Below, in pieces: positions 1 through 8,360 of a stretch of 15,700 bases of DNA. The stretch covers positions 1-15,700 of the forward strand of contig JASGJN010000018.1 of the NCBI GenBank assembly GCA_049840735.1. The letters are read 5' to 3'. The notes under the pieces were generated by a model. The model did no database searches, had not been told where the DNA came from, and saw only the letters and a program-made list of their open reading frames with translations. Every line of letters starts with the position of its first letter. The first letter of the stretch is position 1. The translations under genes and the position numbers were made by a program. Origin of the DNA: Anaeromyxobacter sp. (lineage in GTDB: Bacteria; Myxococcota; Myxococcia; Myxococcales; Anaeromyxobacteraceae).

Positions 1-218
1 CTCACGTCCTTCTGGGCGTCGGCCACCTCCTCCTGCTCGTCCGCCGCCTTCTCCATGGCGTCAGCGGCCTTGTCCGCAGACTGCTCGGCGCTCTTGGCCG
101 CCGCCGTCGCCTGATCGCCCGCCTGGCCAGCGGCGCCCTGCGTCTTCGACCTGGACTGATCGCTGCACGCCCCCGCCAGCACCACCGCCGCCAGCGCGGC
201 CCACCTGGTCACGTTCAT
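1..218 (-). CDS. Putative lipoprotein, Ala/Asp/Glu-rich; C-terminus runs off the window edge
   Basis: Read manually, not in the ORF track. ATG at 218 gives MNVTRWAALAAVVLAGA-CSDQSRSKTQGAAGQAGDQATAAAKSAEQSADKAADAMEK. Short hydrophobic signal with a lipobox-like LAGAC. GGAGG-type RBS at 221-230. Confidence 0.75.
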   Translation of the reverse strand, partial: MNVTRWAALAAVVLAGACSDQSRSKTQGAAGQAGDQATAAAKSAEQSADKAADAMEKAADEQEEVADAQKDV

Positions 219-322
219 GGCCCACCCTCCATGGGCCTGAAGCTGCGAACGGGGCGGCGGCGGGGCCCGGGCGGCGGTCTAGGCTGGCCGCGGGGGCAGG
301 AGCGCCCGCCGGGCAGCCCGCG

Positions 323-917
323 CTACTTCTTGCCGGCCGCAGGCTGCGCCGGCTTGGTCGCCGGCTTGGCCGCCGGCTCGACCTTGAACGACCCCATGAA
401 CCGCGCCACGTCCGCCTTGAGGCCGGCCGCGCGGTCGGGCTGGCACTCGACGACCAGCATGTACATGCGGTCCTTGGCGCGGATGTAGCGCACGGTCCCC
501 ACCGACTTGGGCCCGGAGGCCTGGACCTCCACCGCCGGCAGGCCGCCCTGCGTGAAGGAGCGGGCCCCCTTCTCCTTCGCGGCGGACTGGTAGCCCTTCT
601 CGAAGATCGAGCCGTCGTCGCGGATCATCACCAGGGCCATGAAGCGCGAGCCGTCCAGCGTGGCGGTGCCGAGCACGTGAGCGCTCATGGGCACGCCGTC
701 CACGGCGGTGCTCCTGCTGGTGAAGTCGTTGAACCGGGCCGGCAGCTCGAGGCTGAAGCCGGCCCTGCGTCGACCGCGCCAGGCACCAGTCGCCGCCCCG
801 CGGCTGATCGCACGCGGCCTGCCGGTGCATCTCCATCGGCTCGTCGGCGCGCGCCGGCGCGGACGTCACGAGGAGCAGGGACAGGGCGGTGAGGAGGGTG
901 GTGCGAGCGATGGACAT
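323..917 (-). CDS. Secreted hypothetical protein (~197 aa), split by an apparent +1 frameshift near 763
   Basis: Signal peptide MSIARTTLLTALSLLLVTSAPARA-DE starts at 917 in the 279..1571 frame. After ...CLARSTQ, protein-like sequence continues in the 323..703 frame (AGFSLELPARFNDFTSRSTAVDGVPM...RFMGSFKV). Length 595 = 3n+1. Confidence 0.65.
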
Positions 918-1029
918 GGAGGTCCCCGGTGCGGCGTGAGGCGCCGATCCTACCAGAAGACCCGCTCCGGCCGGGGAGACGCCCGCCTGCCCGGCTGCAT
1001 CCGCTGGCGGGGTGGTTAGCTTCTCCCCC

Positions 1030-1716
1030 GTGCCCCGCGCCGCGCTCGTCCTGCTCGTCCTGTGCTGCCTGATGCCCGCCAGCTCGCTCGCCGCCACGCC
1101 GCTGCCGTACCTCGCGCTTGGCGACTCCACGGCCGTCGGCGTGGGCGCCGTCACCGGCGGCGGGTACCCGGACCGGCTGGCGCGGCGGCTGGCCGGGGCG
1201 GGCCTGGAGGTGAAGCTGACCAACCTGGGCGCCTCCGGCGCGACGGTGGCCGACCTGCGCCGCGACCAGCTGCCCAGGGCCACCGGCAAGGGCGCCGGGC
1301 TGATCACGCTCTGCATCGGCATCAACGACGTGCTCCGCGAGCGTCCGCTGGGCGAGTTCGCCCGCGATCTGCACGTGGTGGGCGACATGCTGATGCGCAC
1401 CAAGGCCCGCGTGGTGATCTGCGCGCTGCCAGACCTGACGCTCTCGCCGTCGGGACAGGGCGCGCCGCCCGCCCTCCTGCGCCGCATCGACCAGTACAAC
1501 GCGGCGATCCGCACGGTGGCCGAGCGCCACGGCTTCGAGGTGGCCGACCTGGCCGAGGCCATCCGCGCCACGCCGCCGTCGCAGCGGCCGGCCCTCTTCT
1601 CGCCCGACGGCTTCCACCCCTCGGCGGCCGGGTACGAGCGCTGGGCGGACGTGATGTGGCCGGCGGTGGAGCGGGCCGTCGCGCCGCGGCTGCAGGCGCG
1701 GCGCCCCGCGCGCTGA
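1030..1716 (+). CDS. SGNH/GDSL hydrolase (lipase/esterase) with N-terminal signal peptide
   Basis: Block I YLALGDST, block II NLGASG, block III IGIND, block V DGFHPS. Hydrophobic N-terminus. Start could be 1012 or 1030. Confidence 0.92.
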   Translation: MPRAALVLLVLCCLMPASSLAATPLPYLALGDSTAVGVGAVTGGGYPDRLARRLAGAGLEVKLTNLGASGATVADLRRDQLPRATGKGAGLITLCIGINDVLRERPLGEFARDLHVVGDMLMRTKARVVICALPDLTLSPSGQGAPPALLRRIDQYNAAIRTVAERHGFEVADLAEAIRATPPSQRPALFSPDGFHPSAAGYERWADVMWPAVERAVAPRLQARRPAR

Positions 1717-1759
1717 GAGGGTTCCCAGCGAGCGACCGTTGGACTAGCCTGCGCCGCCT

Positions 1760-3134
1760 ATGGACGACCGCACCCGCCTCGAGCGCCACCAGCGGCTCGT
1801 GGACGCCGACCGCCGCCACCTCTGGCACCCCTTCACGCAGATGGCCGACTGGCTCGCCGACGAGCCCATCGTGGTGGACGGCGCCGAGGGCGTGTACCTC
1901 GTCGACACGCTGGGGCGCCGCTACCTGGACGGCGTCTCCTCGCTCTGGTGCAACGTGCACGGCCACCGCGTGCCGGAGCTGGACGCCGCGGTGCGGGCGC
2001 AGCTCGACCGCGTGGCCCACTCCACGCTGCTGGGGCTGGCCTCCACCGCGTCGATCGAGTGCGGCGAGGAGCTGGCCCGCCACCTGCCGCGCGGCCTGAC
2101 GCGCATCTTCTTCTCCGACGCCGGCGCCAACGCGGTCGAGGTGGCGCTCAAGATGGCCTACCAGCATCACCAGCTCCGCGGCGACACGCAGCGCAGCGAG
2201 TTCGTGGCGCTCACCGGCGGCTACCACGGGGACACCATCGGCTCGGTCTCGCTGGGCGGCATCGACCTCTTCCACCAGCTCTTCAAGCCGCTGCTCTTCC
2301 CGGTCCACCGGGCGCCGCAGCCCTACTGCTACCGCTGCCCGCTGGGGAAGTCGCCCGACACCTGCCTCTCGGCCTGCGCCGCCGAGGTGGAGAAGGTCTT
2401 CCAGGCCCACCCCGGGAGGATCGCCGCGCTGGTGATCGAGCCCATCATGCAGGGCGCGGACGGGATGATCGCGCAGCCGCCCGGCTACCTGCGGCGCATG
2501 CGCGACCTCTGTGACCGCCACGGCGCGCTGCTGGTCTGCGACGAGGTGGCGACCGGCTGGGGGCGCACCGGGACCACCTTCGCGGTGGAGCAGGAGGGCG
2601 TGACCCCGGACATCCTCACCATGGCCAAGGGGCTCACGGGCGGCTACCTGCCGCTCTCGGCCACCGTGACCACCGAGGCGGTGTTCGAGTCCTTCCTGGG
2701 CCCGTTCGAGGCCATGAAGACCTTCTTCCACGGCCACACCTACGCCGGCAATCCGCTGGCCTGCGCGGCGGCCACCGCCTCGATGAAGCTCTTCCGCGAG
2801 CGGAGCCTGATCGCGGCGCTGCAGCCGCGCATCGCCGCGCTCACCGCGGCGCTGGCGCCGCTGGCCGAGCATCCGCACGTGGGCGAGATCCGCCAGCGCG
2901 GCCTGATGGTGGGCATCGAGCTGGTGCGCGACCGGGCCACGAAGGAGCCGTACGCGTACGGCCTGCGCGCCGGGCACCAGGTGGTCCTGGAGGCGCGCCA
3001 GCGCGGCGCCATCCTGCGGCCGCTGGGCAACGTGGTGGTGCTGATGCCGCCGCTGGCCATGACGGAGGCGGAGCTCACCGAGCTGGTGCGGATCGCGCGC
3101 GAAGGCATCGAGGCGGTCACGGCGCGGATCTCGA
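1760..3134 (+). CDS. bioA: 7,8-diaminopelargonate (DAPA) aminotransferase, class III PLP enzyme; reads through in frame into bioD as sequenced
   Basis: Motifs WHPFTQM, DGVSSLW, YHGDT, DEVATG, PLP lysine in TMAKGLTGGY, FFHGHTYAGNPLAC, LRPLGN. The end is approximate because no stop is present in this sequence. Confidence 0.95.
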
Positions 3135-3151
3135 GCGCGCGGGAGCGAGCC

Positions 3152-3823
3152 ATGCGAGGACTCTTCGTCGTCGGCACCGACACCGGCGTGGGCAAGACCG
3201 AGGTCTCCTGCGCGCTGCTCGCCGCCTGGCGCGCCCAGGGGCGCGACGTGGTCGCGATGAAGCCGGCCCAGTCGGGCGTCACCCCAGGTGAGCCGACGGA
3301 CGCGGAGCGGCTCCACGCCGCGATGGGGGGCGCGCTGCCCCTGGACGAGGTCTGCCCGTATACCTTCGCGGCACCGCTGGCCCCGGGCGTGGCCGCCCGC
3401 CTGGAGGGGAAGGAGCTCTCCCTCTCGCGGATCCTCGACCACGCCTCGCGCCTCGCGGCGGCGCACGAGGCGGTGCTGGTGGAGGGTGCGGGCGGCCTGG
3501 TGGTGCCCCTGACGGCCCGCGAGACCTACGCCGACCTGGCGGTGGCGCTGGGGCTGCCGGTCCTGGTGGTGGCGCGCGCCGGGCTGGGGACGGTGAACCA
3601 CACCGCGCTCACGCTGGAGGCGCTGGAGCGGCGCGGGCTGCGCGTGGCGGGCCTGGTGCTCAACCGGACCGGCCCGGTTGACGATCCGTCCGTCCCGCAC
3701 AACGCGTACGAGATCGCCCGCCTCACCGGGCGTGAACCCGTCGCGGTGCTCCCGTGGGTGCCCGATATCGGCGCGCGCGGCGCGGCGCTCGGATCCGAGC
3801 TCGCCGCAAAGATCCACTTTTGA
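3152..3823 (+). CDS. bioD: Dethiobiotin synthetase
   Basis: MRGLFVVGTDTGVGKT P-loop, MKPAQSG, VEGAGG, GLGTVNHT. Has its own ATG at 3152 preceded by GGGAG at 3141-3145. Confidence 0.95.
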   Translation: MRGLFVVGTDTGVGKTEVSCALLAAWRAQGRDVVAMKPAQSGVTPGEPTDAERLHAAMGGALPLDEVCPYTFAAPLAPGVAARLEGKELSLSRILDHASRLAAAHEAVLVEGAGGLVVPLTARETYADLAVALGLPVLVVARAGLGTVNHTALTLEALERRGLRVAGLVLNRTGPVDDPSVPHNAYEIARLTGREPVAVLPWVPDIGARGAALGSELAAKIHF

Positions 3824-3877
3824 GCGTTGCTGGCGAAAATTGGATCGGCTCGCGGATCAATCCTGAGAGATCGGCGC

Positions 3878-4153
3878 GTGTCGAACGTCGTCGATCTGAC
3901 CCTCGTCTCCCGCGCCCGCCGCGCGCTCCTCTCCACGCTGGACGAGCGCGGCCTGGGCTGGTTCCTGGTCTCGAGCACGGCCCGCACGCCGCGCCTCGAC
4001 CCGCGCCGCATCGCGTGGGTGGTGGAGGCGGCGCGCCGCGGCGCCGGCCCGTTCGCCCGCCGCGATCCCAACGCGCTCTCGCGCACCCGCCGCGTCCTCC
4101 GCCGCGAGCTGATCCGCCGCCTCAGCGAGGCGCTGATGCAGGCGGGGCTGTAG
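3878..4153 (+). CDS. Small Arg-rich hypothetical protein (~91 aa)
   Basis: GC3-biased codons from GTG 3878 (VSNVVDLTLVSRARRALL). Fills the gap between bioD and the convergent permease, with stops 1 bp apart. No recognised motif. Confidence 0.6.
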   Translation: MSNVVDLTLVSRARRALLSTLDERGLGWFLVSSTARTPRLDPRRIAWVVEAARRGAGPFARRDPNALSRTRRVLRRELIRRLSEALMQAGL

Positions 4154-4154
4154 C

Positions 4155-5177
4155 TCACCCCGCCGCGTCGCGGCTGCGCAGGCGGTCGAACAGCACCGCC
4201 ACGATGATGAAGCAGCCGACGAACGTGCCCTGCCAGAACGTGCTGATGCCGAGCAGCGTGAGGCTGTTCCGGATCACCTCGATCAGCGCCGCGCCCATCA
4301 GGCCACCCAGGGCCGTCCCCGCGCCGCCGGTCAGGTTGGCCCCGCCGATCACCGAGGCCGCGATCACCTGCAGCTCCATGCCCTGGCCCAGGCTGGTGGT
4401 GATGGTGCCCAGCCAGCCGATCTCCAGGATCCCGGCCAGCCCGGCGCACAGGCTGCAGAACATGTAGACGCCCACCTTGGCGCGGCGCACCGGGACGCCG
4501 GTGAGGAGGGCCGCGTGCTCGTTCCCGCCGATGGCGAACAGGTGCCGGCCCCAGCGCGTCTCGCGGAGCAGGAAGCCGGTGAGGAGCCCCGTGCCCGCCA
4601 GGAAGAGGACCGGGTTCGGGACGCGGACGGTCCCCAGCTCGACGAACCCTCCGCCGACCGTGAGCAGCCGCGCCTGGTCCGGGCCGAACTCGTAGACCAT
4701 GCGGTTCTCCGACAGCACCATGGCCAGGCTGCGCGCGATGGAGAGCATGCCCAGCGTCACCACGAAGGGCGGCACGCCCACGTAGGCGATCAACGCACCG
4801 TTGAGGGCGCCCACCGCCAGCGCCGTGCCCAGGGCCAGCAGCGCCGCGAGCCAGAAGCCCGTGCCGGCGTGCATGGTCATGCCCATCACCATGCCGGAGA
4901 GGACCAGGGTCGCCCCCACCGACAGGTCGATGCCCCCGGTGATGATCACCGCCGTCATGCCGCAGGCGATGATGGCGACGAAGGCGAAGTTGCGGGTGAC
5001 GTTGAAGAGGTTCTGCCGGGTCATGAAGACGTCGCTGGCCAGGGCCAGCAGCAGGAAGGCGAGCGCGGCCGCCACGAACACCCAGAACGTCTGGCGCTGG
5101 ACCAGGCGGCCCAGCCCGTCCAGGAGCGGGCGCCGGCCCTCCCCGGCGTGGGGCACCTCCTGCAGCTGCGGGTCCAT
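4155..5177 (-). CDS. Sugar ABC transporter permease (RbsC-like, CUT2/BPD_transp_2)
   Basis: Real start MDPQLQ at 5177 overlaps the ATPase stop (TGATG). Motifs GGIDLSVG, PPFVVTLG, GRHLFAIGGNEHAA, ELQVIAASVIGG. The upstream part of the 895-aa ORF is off-frame shadow. Confidence 0.95.
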   Translation of the reverse strand: MDPQLQEVPHAGEGRRPLLDGLGRLVQRQTFWVFVAAALAFLLLALASDVFMTRQNLFNVTRNFAFVAIIACGMTAVIITGGIDLSVGATLVLSGMVMGMTMHAGTGFWLAALLALGTALAVGALNGALIAYVGVPPFVVTLGMLSIARSLAMVLSENRMVYEFGPDQARLLTVGGGFVELGTVRVPNPVLFLAGTGLLTGFLLRETRWGRHLFAIGGNEHAALLTGVPVRRAKVGVYMFCSLCAGLAGILEIGWLGTITTSLGQGMELQVIAASVIGGANLTGGAGTALGGLMGAALIEVIRNSLTLLGISTFWQGTFVGCFIIVAVLFDRLRSRDAAG

Positions 5178-5911
5178 CAGGCGGCCTCGATGGCGCCGGT
5201 GATGAGCCCGGTCACCTGCTCCGGGGAGCTGTGCGCGATGGGCCGGTCGGACACCTTGCGCCCCCGCCGCAGCACGACGATCCGGTCGGACACCGCGAAG
5301 ACGTCGGGCATGCGGTGGCTGATGAGCACGATGGCGATCCCGCGATCGCGCAGGCGCCGGATCAGGTTCAGGACCTCCGCCACCTGCCGGACGCTGATGG
5401 CGGCGGTGGGCTCGTCCATGAGGACGATGCGCGGCTCGGAGAGCCGCGTGCGCGCGATGGCCACGGCCTGGCGCTGGCCCCCGGACATCCGGCGGACCAG
5501 CGTCCGCGCCCGGGTCTCGGACTTGAGCTCCGCGAACAGCTCGGTCGCGCGCTGGTACATGCGGCGGTAGTCGAGGATCCGCGCCAGCCCCTTCACCAGC
5601 TCCCGGCCGAGGAAGACGTTGGCCGCCGCGGTGAGGTTGTCGCAGAGCGCCAGGTCCTGGTAGACGACCTCGATCCCCGCTGCCTGCGCGTCGGTGGGCT
5701 TGCGGAAGGTCACCCTGCGCCCCTCCAGCGCCAGGGTCCCGGCGCTGGGCGGGAAGTTCCCGGCCACGATCTTCACCAGGGTGGACTTCCCCGCCCCGTT
5801 GTCGCCCATGAGCCCGACCACCTGGCCGGCCTCGAGCGACAGGCTCACCTCGACCAGGGCCTGGATGCCGGCGAAGTGCTTGCTGATCCCGGTGAGCTCC
5901 AGAATGGCCAT
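5177..5911 (-). CDS. Sugar ABC transporter ATP-binding protein (single domain)
   Basis: Walker A GDNGAGKST, Q-loop YQD, signature MSGGQRQ, Walker B VLMDEPT, H-loop ISH. Confidence 0.96.
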   Translation of the reverse strand: MAILELTGISKHFAGIQALVEVSLSLEAGQVVGLMGDNGAGKSTLVKIVAGNFPPSAGTLALEGRRVTFRKPTDAQAAGIEVVYQDLALCDNLTAAANVFLGRELVKGLARILDYRRMYQRATELFAELKSETRARTLVRRMSGGQRQAVAIARTRLSEPRIVLMDEPTAAISVRQVAEVLNLIRRLRDRGIAIVLISHRMPDVFAVSDRIVVLRRGRKVSDRPIAHSSPEQVTGLITGAIEAA

Positions 5912-5989
5912 CGCCGGCTCCTCGGCCCCGCCCGCTCCGCGCGCGCCGCCGCCCGGGGACGGCGACGCGTCGCGCGCGCACGTGGGCGC

Positions 5990-6976
5990 TCACTTCTTCA
6001 CGCAGGTGTCCACGTTCTCCGGCGTGCACTCGTCCAGGCCGGTGTAGAGCGGGTCCTTCACCGCCTTCTTCTGGATGAGGTCCATGAGCACCGCGGGCGC
6101 CCGGTACCCCATCTCGAACGGACGCTGGCCGATCTGGGCGTGGCTCCGCCCGGCCTTCAGGGCCGCGAGCTGCGGCGGCAGGACGTCGCCCGCCACGATC
6201 ACCAGCTCCTTGGACTTCAGCTTGGGCATCACCTGATCGGTGACCTGGGCGTAGGCCTGCGGGCCGAACTGGGCCCAGCCGCCCACCAGGATGAAGGCGT
6301 CCAGCTTGGGGTTGGCGGTGAAGGTGTCGGCCATCTGCTGGTTGGCCAGGTCGATCTGGTCGTTGGTGAACAGCGGGCAGCCCTTCACCTCCGTCCACCC
6401 GCCCTCGCCGGCGAGGCGGGCGACGCCCTTCCTTCCGGAGATGGTGTCGCGGAAGCCGGCCGCCCGGGCGTTGATGTTGTCGGCGGCGACGTTGCCGAGC
6501 TGGAGGCAGACGGTGCCACCCTTCGGCTTCAGGCCCTTGAGGTGCTTGGCCATGGCCACGCCCATGTCGTAGTTGTTGGTGCCCAGGTACGTCTTGCGCA
6601 GCGCGCGGTCGGCCTCGCCCAGGTCGGCGTCGATGGTCATGATGGGCATGGTCGGCTTCTTGTCCCTGAGCATCTTGGCCATGGCCGGCGCGTTGGACGG
6701 CGAGATGGCGATGCCGGCCACGCCCTTGTTGATCAGGTCCTCCACCAGCTGCACCTCCCCCGCCTCGTCCGCGCTCGAGGCCGGGCCGGTGTAGAGGCAG
6801 GTGTACTCGGCGGAGGCGTTCTCCTTGTTCCACTTCTCGCACCCGCTCCCGAGCACGGTGAAGAAGGGATTGTCGAGCCCCTTCACCACCACCGCCAGCG
6901 TCTTCTTCTGTGCCTCGGCCGGGCTGGCGACGACCAGCGCCAGCAGCGCGGCGAGCGTGAGCAACGTCCTGTTCAT
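5990..6976 (-). CDS. Sugar ABC transporter periplasmic binding protein (RbsB-like, type 1 PBP)
   Basis: Signal peptide ending AEA, KGLDNPFF, GIAISP, YLGTNNY, IGQRPFEMGY. RBS GGGG upstream. Confidence 0.95.
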   Translation of the reverse strand: MNRTLLTLAALLALVVASPAEAQKKTLAVVVKGLDNPFFTVLGSGCEKWNKENASAEYTCLYTGPASSADEAGEVQLVEDLINKGVAGIAISPSNAPAMAKMLRDKKPTMPIMTIDADLGEADRALRKTYLGTNNYDMGVAMAKHLKGLKPKGGTVCLQLGNVAADNINARAAGFRDTISGRKGVARLAGEGGWTEVKGCPLFTNDQIDLANQQMADTFTANPKLDAFILVGGWAQFGPQAYAQVTDQVMPKLKSKELVIVAGDVLPPQLAALKAGRSHAQIGQRPFEMGYRAPAVLMDLIQKKAVKDPLYTGLDECTPENVDTCVKK

Positions 6977-7270
6977 GGGTCCCCCCTGGACTCGTGGTCC
7001 TGGCCGCGTCCGCGCCGCCCTGGCCTGCCGGGTCGGCGCGAACGCTTCACTGACAGTGTGTTAGCCGGACGGCCGGAGGAGGGCACCACCACTCCGGGTC
7101 CGGCCGCGACGGGGGCTCCGCACAGCGGCCGCCCTGCCCGGCGCCCGCCCGCCCGCTAGTCACACGCCGTGAACGCCAGGTGGCCGGGCGGGCTTGCGCC
7201 GCCCTCCGGCCAGGCACAGCTTGCGCGCGCGGCCGGGCTCCACCCGCCCGCGGGAGAGGCGGACCAGGCC

Positions 7271-8310
7271 ATGGGCTCGCGGATCCGGGCGGTGCTGGTG
7301 GGCGCCGGCGTGTGGGGGCTGGAGCACGCCCGGGCGCTGGCGGGGCGTCCCGACGTGGACTTCCGCGCGGTGGCGGGGCGGACGCCCGCGCGGACGCAGG
7401 CCCGCGCCGCGCAGTTCGCGGTGCGGGCCTACACGAGCATCCCGGAGATGATCGAGGCGGAGCAGCCCGACCTGGTGTGCCTGTCCCTGCCGAACCAGGA
7501 GCACCTCCAGGCCACCCTCGAGGTGATCCGCGCGTCGCGCGCCCTCCTGGTGGAGAAGCCCATCGCCTTCGAGCTGGCCGAGGCGGACGCGCTCCTGGAG
7601 GAGGCGGCGCGGCGCTCCCTGTTCTTCGCCATCGACTTCAACCACCACTACGCCAAGCCGGTGGGGCTGGCCTACCACGCCCTCCGCGAGGGGCGCCTGG
7701 GCGAGGTGGTCTTCGCCTCCTGGCGCTTCGGCGGAGAGGGCGGGACCTCGCACCCCTTCAACAACCTCATCGAGACGCAGTGCCACGCCTTCGACCTGCT
7801 CGAGTTCCTGTGCGGGCCGATCGACTCGGTCATGGCGCAGATGACGGATCTGACCGCCCGCGGGACCTACCGGACGGTGGCGCTGGCCCTGCACTTCCGG
7901 AGCGGCGCGGTGGGCTCGCTGGTCGGCTCCTACGACTCGTCCTACGCCTATCCGTCCAGCCACCAGCTGGAGATCAACGGGACCCGGGGGCGGCTCCTGG
8001 TGGAGGACACGGTTCGCCGCTTCACCCTGAACGCGCGCGGGAGCGAGGTGGCCGAGGTCTGGCAGGCGGGGTACTTCAACGACCGCGACCGGGCGTTCTA
8101 CCGGCTGCTCGACCGTCACCTGGACGCGGTGCTGGAGGCGCTGCGCAGCGGTGGTCCGCCGCCGATCCACGCCCGGGCCGGCCGGCGGGCCCTGCTCCTG
8201 GCGTACGCCGCCATCGCCTCGTTCCAGGGCGGGCGACGCGTGGAGGTCGAGACGGCCTCGTGGGAGCCGGCCGCAGCGCCCGCGATTGCGGGCCCTCGCC
8301 GGCGCCGTGA
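7271..8310 (+). CDS. Gfo/Idh/MocA family NAD(P)-dependent oxidoreductase; 3' end uncertain (~8263-8310)
   Basis: Rossmann VLVGAGVWG, PNQEH, LVEKP motif, CHAFD. The ORF as sequenced runs to 8446, into amtB and across a strong hairpin, so the true stop is probably corrupted. Confidence 0.88.
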
Positions 8311-8314
8311 CGGC

Positions 8315-8353
8315 GCTGGCCGCCCGCCCGGGCTCGCCGGGCGGGCGGCCAGC
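8315..8353. terminator. Perfect 17-bp-stem hairpin between convergent genes (probable bidirectional terminator)
   Basis: GCTGGCCGCCCGCCCGG-GCTCG-CCGGGCGGGCGGCCAGC. No U-tract. A smaller hairpin GCCCGC-GATT-GCGGGC lies at 8278-8293. Confidence 0.65.
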
Positions 8354-8360
8354 CGACGGA

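Noticed and set aside
1322..3817. 831-aa minus-strand ORF and other long antisense or alternative-frame ORFs (5231..7159, 11083..12699, 8151..9440, 13754..15223)
   Set aside because: Shadow ORFs expected from stop-codon scarcity in high-GC DNA. They overlap well-supported genes and have no motifs.
4155..6842. 895-aa giant permease
   Set aside because: The N-terminal ~555 aa is an off-frame reading of the binding protein and ATPase genes. The real start is 5177.
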